Part shown: positions 1-9,733 of the stretch, in pieces
How the letters are laid out: the number at the start of each line of letters is the position of its first letter
How positions within the stretch are numbered: the first letter of the stretch is position 1
Assembly (NCBI GenBank): GCA_051883555.1
Contig: JBJETY010000036.1
Location: forward strand, 3,671 to 67,670
Origin: Christensenellales bacterium
GTDB taxonomy: Bacteria > Bacillota > Clostridia > Christensenellales > CAG-917
Direction: 5' to 3'
Length of the DNA stretch: 64,000 nucleotides
The notes under the pieces: generated by a model
Told to the model about the DNA's origin: nothing
Database searches by the model: none
Seen by the model: the letters and a program-made list of their open reading frames with translations, nothing else
Position numbers and translations under genes: made by a program

Positions 1-161
1 ACGCTGAAATCAGCTTTTCCCGTTATCGTTGCTCCGTTTTCTTTTAATGCCGCAACGTGCGCTTTGTTCCTGTTGACAAGGTCTACGTTTTCGCCGCTTT
101 GTGCAAGGTAAGCTCCAAGTACCGTACCAAGTGAACCTGCTCCGTAAATGCAAACTTTCAT
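1..161 (-). CDS. 2-dehydropantoate 2-reductase (PanE/ApbA family), N-terminal fragment cut by window edge
   Basis: Hand translation of the reverse complement from ATG at 161 gives MKVCIYGAGSLGTVLGAYLAQSGENVDLVNRNKAHVAALKENGATITGKADFS. GxGxxG Rossmann N-terminus typical of ketopantoate reductases. AAGGAG SD at 167-172. Absent from the ORF track because it is truncated. Confidence 0.55.
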   Translation of the reverse strand, partial: MKVCIYGAGSLGTVLGAYLAQSGENVDLVNRNKAHVAALKENGATITGKADFS

Positions 162-597
162 TTCCGCTCCTTTTACTTGTGATTTAAACACAACGTATTT
201 AATTCTGTTTGAATATATTTTAATTGTCCGCAAATATTGATTTAAATACCTGACCGACAAAACGGCAAAATCAAATTGATTGCGATTTTATCTGCGTTTT
301 CCGTCAACCACGTTACGTCCATTATAAAACCTATCCGTTTTAAAATCAAATAAATATACTAAAAACATAATATTGCCTATCCCGCAAACGAAACTTAACC
401 GCCAATAAAATAATAAGCACCGCGTTTTGCTATTCGCGGTTTCATAAAATGATATAAAAATAAATTGACCGCATTATAAATCGAATTTAACAATGCATAA
501 ATATAAGTATTTTAAATACCGAATTAAATATAACTAAGTATCATAAATATTAAATAGCACAAAAAATAAAACCGCCAGATATAGGCGATTTTATTTA

Positions 598-673
598 TGG
601 AGCTGCTAACGAGACTTGAACTCGTGACCTCGTCCTTACCAAGGACGTGCTCTACCGACTGAGCCATAGCAGC
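598..673 (-). tRNA. tRNA-Thr (anticodon GGT), CCA encoded
   Basis: Reverse complement folds as a full 76-nt cloverleaf: acceptor GCTGCTA/TAGCAGC, D arm GCTC-AGTCGGTA-GAGC, anticodon arm CGTCC-TTGGTAA-GGACG, T arm ACGAG-TTCAAGT-CTCGT, then T-CCA. Confidence 0.95.
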
Positions 674-700
674 GTTTGTAGCTTTGCTCAAAGCTACATA

Positions 701-729
701 ATTATATATTAGCTAAAAACAATTGTCAA
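701..729 (-). promoter_or_regulatory. Consensus sigma-A promoter for tRNA-Thr
   Basis: Minus strand reads TTGACA (729-724), 17-nt spacer, TATAAT (706-701). A small leader hairpin GTAGCTTTG-ctc-AAAGCTAC (677-696) lies between the promoter and the tRNA 5' end. Confidence 0.6.
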
Positions 730-782
730 CCGTTTAAGTTGTGCATTAAATCAAATTTATGCTTATAACTTAATTAGGCATA

Positions 783-2063
783 TTACGCATTAAAACATTT
801 TTTAAGAACCAATTCCATTCTGGCAATTTTAACTGCGCTTACAAACACTTTCATTGCAAAGCCAAGTTCGTCGACGTTAGGAACGCTAGGGGCAATTCTG
901 ATATTCATATTGTAATCGTCCATACCGTAAGGGAAGGTCGCGCCCGCTTTTGTGAACGACACGCCTGCTTCCTTGGACAATTCTACAATTCTCTTTGCAC
1001 AGTTTTTAACGTCAACCGAAACGAAATATCCGCCGTTCGGTTTTGACCAATGAACGAAATTGTCGCCTTCAAACGCTTCGGTCAAAGCTTTATCGACTAT
1101 CTCGAATTTCGGTCTTAATATATCCGCATGCTTCGACATAAGTTTTAACACGTTGTCCTTATCTTTAAGATAAAGAGCATGCATATATTGATTGACTTTG
1201 TTAGGGCCGATAGTTTTAAAAAACATATGCCCTTTAATTTCCGCCACGTTCGCTTCGCTTGCGGCTACGCAACTGATGCCCGCGCTTGCAAACGTAATTT
1301 TTGAAGTGGAAGCGAATTCATAAATTCTGTTTTCAGTACCCGCTTTTTTTGCGACGTCGAAAATATTTTTCAATTTATCGTCAGTGCCGTAAAGGCTATG
1401 TACGCAATAAGCGTTATCCCAAAAAACTCTGAAATCTTCGGCGGCTGTAGGCATTGTTGCAATTCTTTCTACAACCTTATCGCTATAAGTAATGCCGGTA
1501 GGATTGCTGTATTTAGGAACACACCAGATACCTTTTATCGACGCGTCGGATTTAACCATAGGTTCGATTAAATCCATATCCGGGCCGTCGGCAAGCATAG
1601 GAACGGTTATCATCTCTATGCCGAGCGCCTCGCATATAGAAAAGTGTCTGTCGTATCCCGGAGCCGGGCAAATAAATTTCGTTTTCTGAAGTTTGTTCCA
1701 CGGAGTACTGCCCATAATGCCGAATTGTTTTGCGAACTGAACAAGGTCGTACATAATCGATAAACTCGACCCGTCAAGAGCTATAACCTCATCGGTTTTA
1801 ACGCCGAGCATTTCCGCAAAAAGTTCACGGCTTTCTTTCGTGCCGAGCGGACAACCGTAATTGCGGACGTCAATTCCTTGCGAGATAAAGTCGACGTCGT
1901 GCAAAACGTCGAACATAGGTACGGAAAGGTCAAGTTGCTCGCGGCAAGGACGTCCTCTCGTCATATCGACGGTTTTTCCTTCCTTCTGATATTTTTTAAA
2001 GATTTTCAATTCATCTGAAAGAGCTTTTTCAAGTTCTTCTTTAGTCAGTTGTTTATAATCCAT
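783..2063 (-). CDS. Class I/II PLP-dependent aminotransferase (aspartate/alanine aminotransferase-like)
   Basis: 426-aa ORF with fold-type I hallmarks: FWDNAY region and SxSK lysine motif (ASTSKITF). Confidence 0.8.
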   Translation of the reverse strand: MDYKQLTKEELEKALSDELKIFKKYQKEGKTVDMTRGRPCREQLDLSVPMFDVLHDVDFISQGIDVRNYGCPLGTKESRELFAEMLGVKTDEVIALDGSSLSIMYDLVQFAKQFGIMGSTPWNKLQKTKFICPAPGYDRHFSICEALGIEMITVPMLADGPDMDLIEPMVKSDASIKGIWCVPKYSNPTGITYSDKVVERIATMPTAAEDFRVFWDNAYCVHSLYGTDDKLKNIFDVAKKAGTENRIYEFASTSKITFASAGISCVAASEANVAEIKGHMFFKTIGPNKVNQYMHALYLKDKDNVLKLMSKHADILRPKFEIVDKALTEAFEGDNFVHWSKPNGGYFVSVDVKNCAKRIVELSKEAGVSFTKAGATFPYGMDDYNMNIRIAPSVPNVDELGFAMKVFVSAVKIARMELVLKKCFNA

Positions 2064-2132
2064 GTTATTTCCTCAATAAAAGACAATATCATATATTTTT
2101 CGCAAAGACAAGCGTTGATATTATGTTTTATT

Positions 2133-3440
2133 TTATTCATCCTGATTTTTTCTTGTGATTATCTTAATAGGCGTGCCTTCGAAATCGAAAGACGCGCGCA
2201 GTGCGTTTTCAAGATATCTTTTGTATGAAAAATGCATAAGCTCAGGTTCGTTGACTTTTAAAACAAACGTCGGAGGATTTGCCGAAACCTGCGTTATATA
2301 AAATATTTTAAGTCTTTTTCCGTTTCTTGCAGGCGGTTCGCTTATTCTTGTAGCGTCAATCAGTACTTCGTTTAAAAGCCCCGTCGATATTCTTCTCGAC
2401 GCGTTTTCGTATACTTTTTTAACGTACGGCAAAAGCGTATCGATGCGTTTGCCTGTTTTTGCCGACAAAAAAAGCGGTTTCACATAATCCATAAATTTAA
2501 GGTCGCCGGCAAGTTTTTCTTTAAATCTGTTTACCGTATGAGTATCCTTTTCAATCAAATCCCATTTATTCATAACGATAACCGACGGCTTTCCCTCATC
2601 GTGAACGAAACCTGCAATCTTTACGTCCTGTTCCGTCATTCCTTCCGACGAATCGCAAACGATTACGGTTACGTCGCTGCGCCTTACAGCCATAAGCGAA
2701 CGCATAACCGAATATCTTTCAAGGTCTTCGCCGATATTCCCTTTCTTTCGCATTCCTGCCGTATCTATTATCGTAAACTCTTCGTCGCCGATTTTTAGAC
2801 GAGTATCGATTGCGTCTCGCGTCGTACCGGCTATATCGGAAACGATAACTCTGTCATATCCTAACAGCTTATTCGTAATCGACGACTTGCCCGCATTCGG
2901 CTTTCCGACTATTGCGATTTTAAGACTTTTGTCTTCCGTCGCCTCTCCCCCCGTCACGCTGTCCAACACAGCGTCAAGAAGGTCGCCGATGCCCTTACCC
3001 TGCTCGGCCGAAACGGCATGAGGCTCTCCAAGCCCTAAGGAATAAAAATCGTAAAACACGTCCGTTTTATCGTTATCGACTTTATTGACGCAAAGAACAA
3101 TAGGCACTTTGGCTCGTCTCAAATATGAAGCTACCTGTTCGTCGTCAACCGTTACGCCTGTCTTTCCGTCTACTACGAAAATTATTGCCTGTGCGGTATC
3201 AATTGCCAATTCTGCCTGTGTCTTTATGTGTCGCCACATTTCATCCTGAGATTTAAGCTCCAATCCGCCCGTATCTATAAGCGTAAAAATCTTACCGCAC
3301 CACTCCGCGTCAACGTAAACGCGGTCACGGGTAACGCCCGGCGTGTTTTCGACTATAGACACTCTCTTGCCTGCTATTTTATTAAAAAGAGTAGATTTAC
3401 CTACGTTAGGTCTGCCTACTATAGCTATTAATGGTTTCAT
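2133..3440 (-). CDS. der: Ribosome-associated GTPase Der/EngA
   Basis: Two tandem GTPase domains with P-loops GRPNVGKST and GKPNAGKSS, DTAG/DTGG and NKxD motifs, C-terminal KH-like domain. 435 aa. Confidence 0.95.
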   Translation of the reverse strand: MKPLIAIVGRPNVGKSTLFNKIAGKRVSIVENTPGVTRDRVYVDAEWCGKIFTLIDTGGLELKSQDEMWRHIKTQAELAIDTAQAIIFVVDGKTGVTVDDEQVASYLRRAKVPIVLCVNKVDNDKTDVFYDFYSLGLGEPHAVSAEQGKGIGDLLDAVLDSVTGGEATEDKSLKIAIVGKPNAGKSSITNKLLGYDRVIVSDIAGTTRDAIDTRLKIGDEEFTIIDTAGMRKKGNIGEDLERYSVMRSLMAVRRSDVTVIVCDSSEGMTEQDVKIAGFVHDEGKPSVIVMNKWDLIEKDTHTVNRFKEKLAGDLKFMDYVKPLFLSAKTGKRIDTLLPYVKKVYENASRRISTGLLNEVLIDATRISEPPARNGKRLKIFYITQVSANPPTFVLKVNEPELMHFSYKRYLENALRASFDFEGTPIKIITRKNQDE

Positions 3441-4696
3441 TTTAACTCCGATAATTTCTCTAATAAATCATTTCCCGTTTCGTTTACGACAATAACTTTT
3501 CCAAGCTCTTTTTCGACGTCCGAAAGCGGAACGTTATCTAAAAACAGCGTGCTGAATTCTTTAAGCATATTAGACGGAATAGTATATGCGTCGTATCCTC
3601 TCGGAGCCTGTTTTAAAATATCCCCTGCCGTTATAAGTCCGGACACCGTAACAGTTCTGCCGAAAAAGTCGTTTTGTATAGCTTTGACGAAGATATCCAA
3701 TCCAAGTTTTTTTTCTATACTCGGCACAACCGTTTTAAGCACCGGCTCGAAAGATACGCCTGTAAGCATACAGACCCTTTTACCGATATCGAGCGTTTCA
3801 ATTTCTGCGTAGCTTATTTCAACGCTTTCTAAAAACTCGCGCACAAGTCCGACGCCGTTTTCGATTTGCGGAAAGTCCTGATAATATTCATAATCGGGAA
3901 TCGGTTTTCCCGCCTTAATATACATTTCGTCGGCGGCGAAACAAAAACCGCCGTATCTGTTATATCTTTCTTCGACAAGAGCTATGGTTTTAAGAGCTTC
4001 ATCTTTGTCGAACGGTTCCAACGAATCTAATCCGCCTCTATGGGAAGTCAGCCCGACAGGCACAACCGCAACCGACATAACGCCTTCGATTTCGTGCAGG
4101 CGGTCGATGGAATCGAGCATAACGTCGCCGTCGTTAATTTTTGGCACAACGACAAGTTGCGTATGCATTTTTATTCCGCCGTCGGAGAGAGTTTTTAAAA
4201 TTTCTCTCAGTTTCAACGTTGCAGGATTACGCAAAAGCGATTTTCTTATTTCGTCGTCCATTGCGTGAACGGAAATATAAAGCGGACTGAGTTTAAGCCT
4301 TAATATCCTTTTTATATCTTCGTCGTCAACGTTTGTCATCGTTACGTAACTGCCGCTGATAAACGAAAATCGGTAGTCGTCGTCTTTTACGTACAGCGCG
4401 TCTCTCATACCTTTCGGCAACTGATCGACAAAGCAGAATTTGCACTTGTTTTTGCATCTTACAGGTGACAATTCCTCGTCGATTTCTATGCCGAGAGTTT
4501 TCTCCGCACTTTTTTTAATGCGTAGGGTTTTCTCTTTACCGTCTCTATTTATCTTGATTTCAAACTTTTCCTGTCCGTCATAATATAAAACGTCTAAAAC
4601 GTCGCAAAACGGGAAGCCGTCGAATGACAAAATTTCATCGCCAATTTTCAACCCCTGCTTTTTCCCAAAACCGGATAATGCGATTATCTTTGCCAT
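3437..4696 (-). CDS. DUF512-type radical-SAM-like protein with N-terminal PDZ-like domain
   Basis: CxxxCxxC motif (CKNKCKFC). Size and position directly upstream of der are typical for clostridial DUF512 proteins. 4-nt overlap with der. Confidence 0.75.
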   Translation of the reverse strand: MAKIIALSGFGKKQGLKIGDEILSFDGFPFCDVLDVLYYDGQEKFEIKINRDGKEKTLRIKKSAEKTLGIEIDEELSPVRCKNKCKFCFVDQLPKGMRDALYVKDDDYRFSFISGSYVTMTNVDDEDIKRILRLKLSPLYISVHAMDDEIRKSLLRNPATLKLREILKTLSDGGIKMHTQLVVVPKINDGDVMLDSIDRLHEIEGVMSVAVVPVGLTSHRGGLDSLEPFDKDEALKTIALVEERYNRYGGFCFAADEMYIKAGKPIPDYEYYQDFPQIENGVGLVREFLESVEISYAEIETLDIGKRVCMLTGVSFEPVLKTVVPSIEKKLGLDIFVKAIQNDFFGRTVTVSGLITAGDILKQAPRGYDAYTIPSNMLKEFSTLFLDNVPLSDVEKELGKVIVVNETGNDLLEKLSELK

Positions 4697-5781
4697 TAAA
4701 CAGCTCCTATATTGCTTAAAAATTCACAGATAGCGTCAAGCTGTCCCGCTTTTACTCTGTTCCTTGCGTTTGTAACAAGCTCGACGTTGAGTTCAGTCTG
4801 AAGTACGTCGTAAAGTCTGATTATGACGTCTTGCGGACTCTTGGCATAAGCTATAAGTTTATTTTCGTCCAGATACGCAACGTCGTTTTGCTGGACTTCT
4901 CCTTTCGGCGAAAACGCTATAACCGCCTTATTAAGTAAAAACGCTTCGTTTACGGTCACGGCTTCGTAATTGGTAATCAATATATCGCTGACGTTGAGAT
5001 AGTTGTCGTACAAATTCAGCTTATCAAACAACTGAACGTTGTCGCACGATTTCGCTTCGACTTTCTTTCTCAATTCGTTCAAAAGTTTTTTGTCGTCTAT
5101 GTATGCTACGATATTGAATATGTCGCCCTGGTCGAAAAGCATATCGAGCACTTCGAGATTTTCAGAGCTGTTGTTCACGCAAACGAAAACCGTCGGAACG
5201 TCGCGCAAACCGAGTTTATCCTTTAAAGATACCTTTTCTTCCTCGCTGAGTTGCTTTACCGCAAAAGGAATTCCCAAAGCGTATATATCGTTATTCGGTA
5301 CGCCGTTGTTTACCAAAGTTTCTTTGACGTCTTCGTTTTCAACGATATATTTATCCACTTTAGAATCGACCGTAAGTTTATCGAAGGTAAAGTCTGTCGA
5401 AAGGGAAACAATCTGCGTATTCAGACAGCAGTCGACGTTAGCCGCAAGCGTTATCAAAAGTCCGTAAGTCGTAGGACAAACGATAGCCGTCGGTTTAAAT
5501 CTCTTCACGGCGTTATGTATTCTGCGACTGTAACCTTTGATTTTCTTTTGTTTGTCGTCGCTGCATTTTTTATGCAATTCTTTTAAAGAAGGAAGTTTGT
5601 TGACAAGGTTGTTAAGAGAGCCGAGCCATTTAACTTTCTTGCCGTAATCGTCTTCGTCCATAACGACGACGTAATGCGATTTTCTTTCATCGAAATACTT
5701 TTTTATCTGATTCGATACGATACCTTTCTCTTCTTTCGAAGTGACGATAAGAATATACGGAATGTTTTTAAATTCTCCCAT
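4696..5781 (-). CDS. Hypothetical protein, possibly glycosyltransferase-like (MGDG-synthase/GT28-like fold)
   Basis: 361-aa ORF whose start overlaps the DUF512 gene stop by 1 nt (4696). Weak by-eye resemblance to UgtP/MGDG-synthase N-terminal regions; the function is not secure. Confidence 0.5.
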   Translation of the reverse strand: MGEFKNIPYILIVTSKEEKGIVSNQIKKYFDERKSHYVVVMDEDDYGKKVKWLGSLNNLVNKLPSLKELHKKCSDDKQKKIKGYSRRIHNAVKRFKPTAIVCPTTYGLLITLAANVDCCLNTQIVSLSTDFTFDKLTVDSKVDKYIVENEDVKETLVNNGVPNNDIYALGIPFAVKQLSEEEKVSLKDKLGLRDVPTVFVCVNNSSENLEVLDMLFDQGDIFNIVAYIDDKKLLNELRKKVEAKSCDNVQLFDKLNLYDNYLNVSDILITNYEAVTVNEAFLLNKAVIAFSPKGEVQQNDVAYLDENKLIAYAKSPQDVIIRLYDVLQTELNVELVTNARNRVKAGQLDAICEFLSNIGAV

Positions 5782-5782
5782 A

Positions 5783-7432
5783 TCAATCCTCCAATACTAT
5801 CGGCATAATAACAGGAAACTGTCTGTTTTTTGCAAAATAATTTTTAATAGGTTTTCTTATTAACCTAGGAAGCTCCGCTCTGTCTTCTAGCTCGCTGAAA
5901 TTTATTTCCGAAACGGTTTTTTCGACAAGGTTTTTGATTCCTTCCGCAACGTCTGCGGTAACCTCGAAACCACGAGCGAGAATATCGCACGGAGTAGAAA
6001 GTCTTTCCGCTTTAAAATCGATTGATACCAATAAGACGATAAGTCCGTTTTCCGCAAGGTGCTTACGCTCGTTGATTATGCTCTTTCCGTCGTCAAGCAA
6101 CTCACCGTCGACAAACGTCGCCCCCGACGGAACGTTTGAATGTCTTTTCATTTCCTTTCCCGAAAATCCGTATACCTGACCTATTTCGGGAATAGCGATA
6201 TTCGCTTTAGGAACGCCGAGAGCCTGAGCAAGCATCGAGTGTTTTACCTGGTGACGATATTCCCCGTGAATAGGAAGAAAGAATCTCGGTTTAACAAGCG
6301 ACAACATAATTTTAAGCTCTTCTTCGTAGGCGTGTCCCGAAACGTGCACGTCGTTCATGGCGTCGTAAATTACTTCCGCACCGCATTTAAACAGATTGTT
6401 TATGACGCGGTAAATATATTTGTCGTTTCCCGGAATCGGCGAACTCGACAAAACGACGAGGTCGTTTTCACCCAAAACTATTTTTTTAAATTCTCCTTGC
6501 GACAACCTTGTCAAAGCGCTCATCGGCTCGCCCTGCGTGCCGGTTGCAATAATAAGTTGTCTCGAATACGGCAGATTGCCAGCGCTTTCGACGATGATGT
6601 TTTTCGGAACTTTAAGCTCTCCGACGCTTGCCGCAACTTCGACGATCATTTTCATGCTTCTGCCTGACAGAATAACCTTTCTGCCGTACTTTTCGGCAAG
6701 ATCCAAAATCTGTTGAACGCGGTAATTGCTGGACGCAAAAGTCGCAACCGTAATTCGTCTGTCGCGGTTATTGTTGAAAATCGTGTCAAGCGTTCTGCCG
6801 ACGACTTTTTCAGACGTCGAATGTCCCTTTCTTTCAACGTTGGTCGATTCGCCGAGCATTAAAAGAACGCCTTTCGCTCCTATCTCTGCAATTCTTTGCA
6901 AATCGGTCAATTTTCCGTCGATAGGCGTGGAATCGATTTTAAAGTCGCCCGTAAAGAAAACCGTGCCGACGGGCGTGTCGATACTTAACGCGCATGCCCC
7001 CGCCATCGAGTGAGCGACCTTTATAAATTCGCACTCGAAAACCCCGAGTTTGATTTTATCGCCCGGTTCGACGGTAACCATATCGGCTTCCGCACGTCGC
7101 ATAGAAAGTTTATGTTCCAAAATGCCGAGCGTCAAAGCCGTTCCGTAAATCGGAACTTTTATATCGTCCGCAAGGTATGCTAACGCTCCTATATGGTCTT
7201 CGTGTCCGTGAGTCAGAACGATGCCCCTTACTTTGTCAATGTTATCTAAAATATAAGTAGTATCCGGAATTATTGCGTCTATGCCCGGCGTAGATTCGTC
7301 GGGAAACGTCACTCCGCAATCGATTATTATAATATCGTTATCATATTCCAAAGCGGTCATATTCTTTCCGATTTCTCCTACGCCGCCGAGGAATATTACT
7401 TTTACTTGTTTTTTTGCCACAGCATCCTCCAT
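5783..7432 (-). CDS. rnj: Ribonuclease J (metallo-beta-lactamase/beta-CASP)
   Basis: HGHEDHIG motif and N-terminus IFLGGVGEIGKN as in RNase J1/J2. No SD precedes ATG 7432. GGAGGA within codons 2-3 precedes an in-frame GTG at 7420, which may be the true start. Confidence 0.93.
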   Translation of the reverse strand: MEDAVAKKQVKVIFLGGVGEIGKNMTALEYDNDIIIIDCGVTFPDESTPGIDAIIPDTTYILDNIDKVRGIVLTHGHEDHIGALAYLADDIKVPIYGTALTLGILEHKLSMRRAEADMVTVEPGDKIKLGVFECEFIKVAHSMAGACALSIDTPVGTVFFTGDFKIDSTPIDGKLTDLQRIAEIGAKGVLLMLGESTNVERKGHSTSEKVVGRTLDTIFNNNRDRRITVATFASSNYRVQQILDLAEKYGRKVILSGRSMKMIVEVAASVGELKVPKNIIVESAGNLPYSRQLIIATGTQGEPMSALTRLSQGEFKKIVLGENDLVVLSSSPIPGNDKYIYRVINNLFKCGAEVIYDAMNDVHVSGHAYEEELKIMLSLVKPRFFLPIHGEYRHQVKHSMLAQALGVPKANIAIPEIGQVYGFSGKEMKRHSNVPSGATFVDGELLDDGKSIINERKHLAENGLIVLLVSIDFKAERLSTPCDILARGFEVTADVAEGIKNLVEKTVSEINFSELEDRAELPRLIRKPIKNYFAKNRQFPVIMPIVLED

Positions 7433-7827
7433 TTTATATATTGAAATTATACACCAAACGAATAAATTTTACAATTAAATGCATTAAGTTTATTCAAAAG
7501 GAAAAAGCCGACTTATCGTCGGCAGCATATTCCGCTAAAATTTCGGACTGACGTCTAAACGCATCGACACGGGAAAAGTTTAAAACCGTTAAAGCCGCAT
7601 CGCTATTTCCGTAAATTTTTACGCATTGCGTTATCGCAAAATTTTATTCGACAATTAACGATTTAATGAATTTATCGAATTTCAAAAACTCCGTTAAAAT
7701 CGAATCGTTTCCGTTTGTTTTTACGAATAGCAGTTAAGTTTTTTTCTAAATCGTATAGCTTTTCACAATCATATAAAAATAACCGCCGTACGGAATTTCT
7801 TACGCCGTACGGAATTTTTATCGGCAA

Positions 7828-8529
7828 TCAAAAAAGCTTATACTGCATATCTTCGACAAGTTTGAGATTGGTTTTATAATAGCTTTTCAAAGTTCCTATA
7901 TCCGACCAATATCCGTCTAAAAGATACGCGCTCATATCCCCTATCAATCTCGGAAACAAATCTCTTCCGAAATCGTAAAATCCGTCGGGAATCAAATCGA
8001 TTATTTCCCTTTTAAAAGCGTATATTCCCGTATTCACTATTCCGCTTTGCTTTTCCTCCGGCTTTTCGACGAATCTTACTATTTTATCTCCCGATAACTT
8101 TACGAGTCCGTATCCTCTTGCGTCTTCCACTTCTTTTACGACTATAGTTGCCATGTCGCCCGAAGCATAATGCCTTGCAATCAATTCGTTGAAATCCAAT
8201 TCGAAATAAGCGTCTCCCGATACGACCAGAAAGTCGTCCGTCAGTGCTTCCGCCGCGTTTTTTACGGCGCCCGCCGTTCCCAAAGGCTTGTCTTCGTAAA
8301 AATACTTTACGTTTACGTTCCATTTCGAACCGTCGCCGATATAGTCTTTTATTTTGTCGCCGAGATAACCTAAAGTAAGAATAATATCTTTAAGTCCGTA
8401 CGACGCAAGCCGCTCGATTATTATTTCTATAATCGGCGTGCCTATCATTGTAACCATGGGCTTAGGTATGCCGTTGGTGATAGGTCTTAATCTTTCTCCT
8501 TTGCCTCCTGCTAAAATCAATACTTCCAT
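7828..8529 (-). CDS. Sugar-phosphate nucleotidyltransferase (GlmU/RmlA/ManC-like N-terminal domain family)
   Basis: N-terminal LAGGKGERLRPIT...PKPMV signature. 233 aa. Confidence 0.85.
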   Translation of the reverse strand: MEVLILAGGKGERLRPITNGIPKPMVTMIGTPIIEIIIERLASYGLKDIILTLGYLGDKIKDYIGDGSKWNVNVKYFYEDKPLGTAGAVKNAAEALTDDFLVVSGDAYFELDFNELIARHYASGDMATIVVKEVEDARGYGLVKLSGDKIVRFVEKPEEKQSGIVNTGIYAFKREIIDLIPDGFYDFGRDLFPRLIGDMSAYLLDGYWSDIGTLKSYYKTNLKLVEDMQYKLF

Positions 8530-8570
8530 AATTTTAGTTTAAAAAGATTTTTCAAAAGTATTCCATTTAG

Positions 8571-8599
8571 TTTACTTGATTTTGATATTGTTGTATAAT
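8571..8599 (+). promoter_or_regulatory. Putative sigma-A promoter of serC-serA
   Basis: TTTACT (8571-8576), 17-nt spacer, TATAAT (8594-8599). A palindrome CTATCGATAG lies downstream at 8604-8613. Confidence 0.4.
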
Positions 8600-8657
8600 T
8601 TGTCTATCGATAGTTTACTATCGAAACAAATTCACTCAAATAAAAGGAGCCCACAAA

Positions 8658-9725
8658 ATGAGAGTTTACAATTTTGCAGCAGGACCTTCGATGCTTCCCC
8701 TTGAAGTATTGCTTGAAGCAAAGGAAAGTTTAGAAGATTTCAACAATTCAGGAATGAGCGTTATGGAACTTACACACCGTGGCAAAGTCTACGAACCTGT
8801 TCATAATGAATGCATTTCGCTTATAAGGGAACTTCTTAACGTATCCGACGAATATGAAGTTTTATTACTTCAAGGCGGTGCTTCAACACAATTCGAAGCT
8901 GTTCCTCTCAATCTTTTGAACAATTCAAAGAAAGCAGATTACGTTGTTACAGGTAATTTTGCTTCGAAAGCGTACAAAGAAGCTAAAAAATACGGCGATA
9001 TCGCTTGTGCAGGCTCATCCGAGGATAAAAATTTCACATACATTCCTTCTTATTCTTTCCGTGATGACGCCGACTACGTACATATCACGTCCAACAACAC
9101 TATTTTCGGCGTTGAATATAAGGAATATCCTAAAACGAAAATGCCGCTTGTAGCCGATATGTCTTCAGACATTATGAGTCACAAAATCGACGTCAACAAT
9201 TTCGGCCTTATCTATGCCGGCGCTCAAAAGAATTTAGGACCAGCAGGCGTAACGGTCGTTATCGTACGCAAAGACCTTATCGGAAATCCGCAACCTATCT
9301 GTCCTACAATGCTCAGATACGATATTCACGCAAAGAACAACAGCCTTTACAACACACCACCTACCTTTGCGATTTATATGATGATGCTCAATCTCCGCTA
9401 CCTTAAAAAGAACGGCGGCGTTGAAGCTATCGAGAAAATCAATAACGAAAAAGCTGCTATGCTTTATGATTTCATCGACAATTCGAATTTCTATAAAAAC
9501 CCTGTCGAAAAGAGCGCACGTTCAATTATGAACGTACCTTTCACCACTCCTAACGCCGACCTTGACGCCGCTTGCGTAAAAGGTGCGGAAGCAAACGGTC
9601 TTTTGTCTCTTAAAGGTCACCGTTTAGTCGGCGGACTCAGAGCTTCGATTTACAACGCAATGCCGATAGAAGGCGTAAAAGCTCTTATCGATTATCTTAA
9701 AAAATTCGAAATGGAAAATAAATAA
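8658..9725 (+). CDS. serC: Phosphoserine aminotransferase
   Basis: N-terminus YNFAAGPSMLPLEVL, 355 aa, followed by serA. AAGGAG SD upstream. Confidence 0.93.
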   Translation: MRVYNFAAGPSMLPLEVLLEAKESLEDFNNSGMSVMELTHRGKVYEPVHNECISLIRELLNVSDEYEVLLLQGGASTQFEAVPLNLLNNSKKADYVVTGNFASKAYKEAKKYGDIACAGSSEDKNFTYIPSYSFRDDADYVHITSNNTIFGVEYKEYPKTKMPLVADMSSDIMSHKIDVNNFGLIYAGAQKNLGPAGVTVVIVRKDLIGNPQPICPTMLRYDIHAKNNSLYNTPPTFAIYMMMLNLRYLKKNGGVEAIEKINNEKAAMLYDFIDNSNFYKNPVEKSARSIMNVPFTTPNADLDAACVKGAEANGLLSLKGHRLVGGLRASIYNAMPIEGVKALIDYLKKFEMENK

Positions 9726-9733
9726 GGTGAAAT

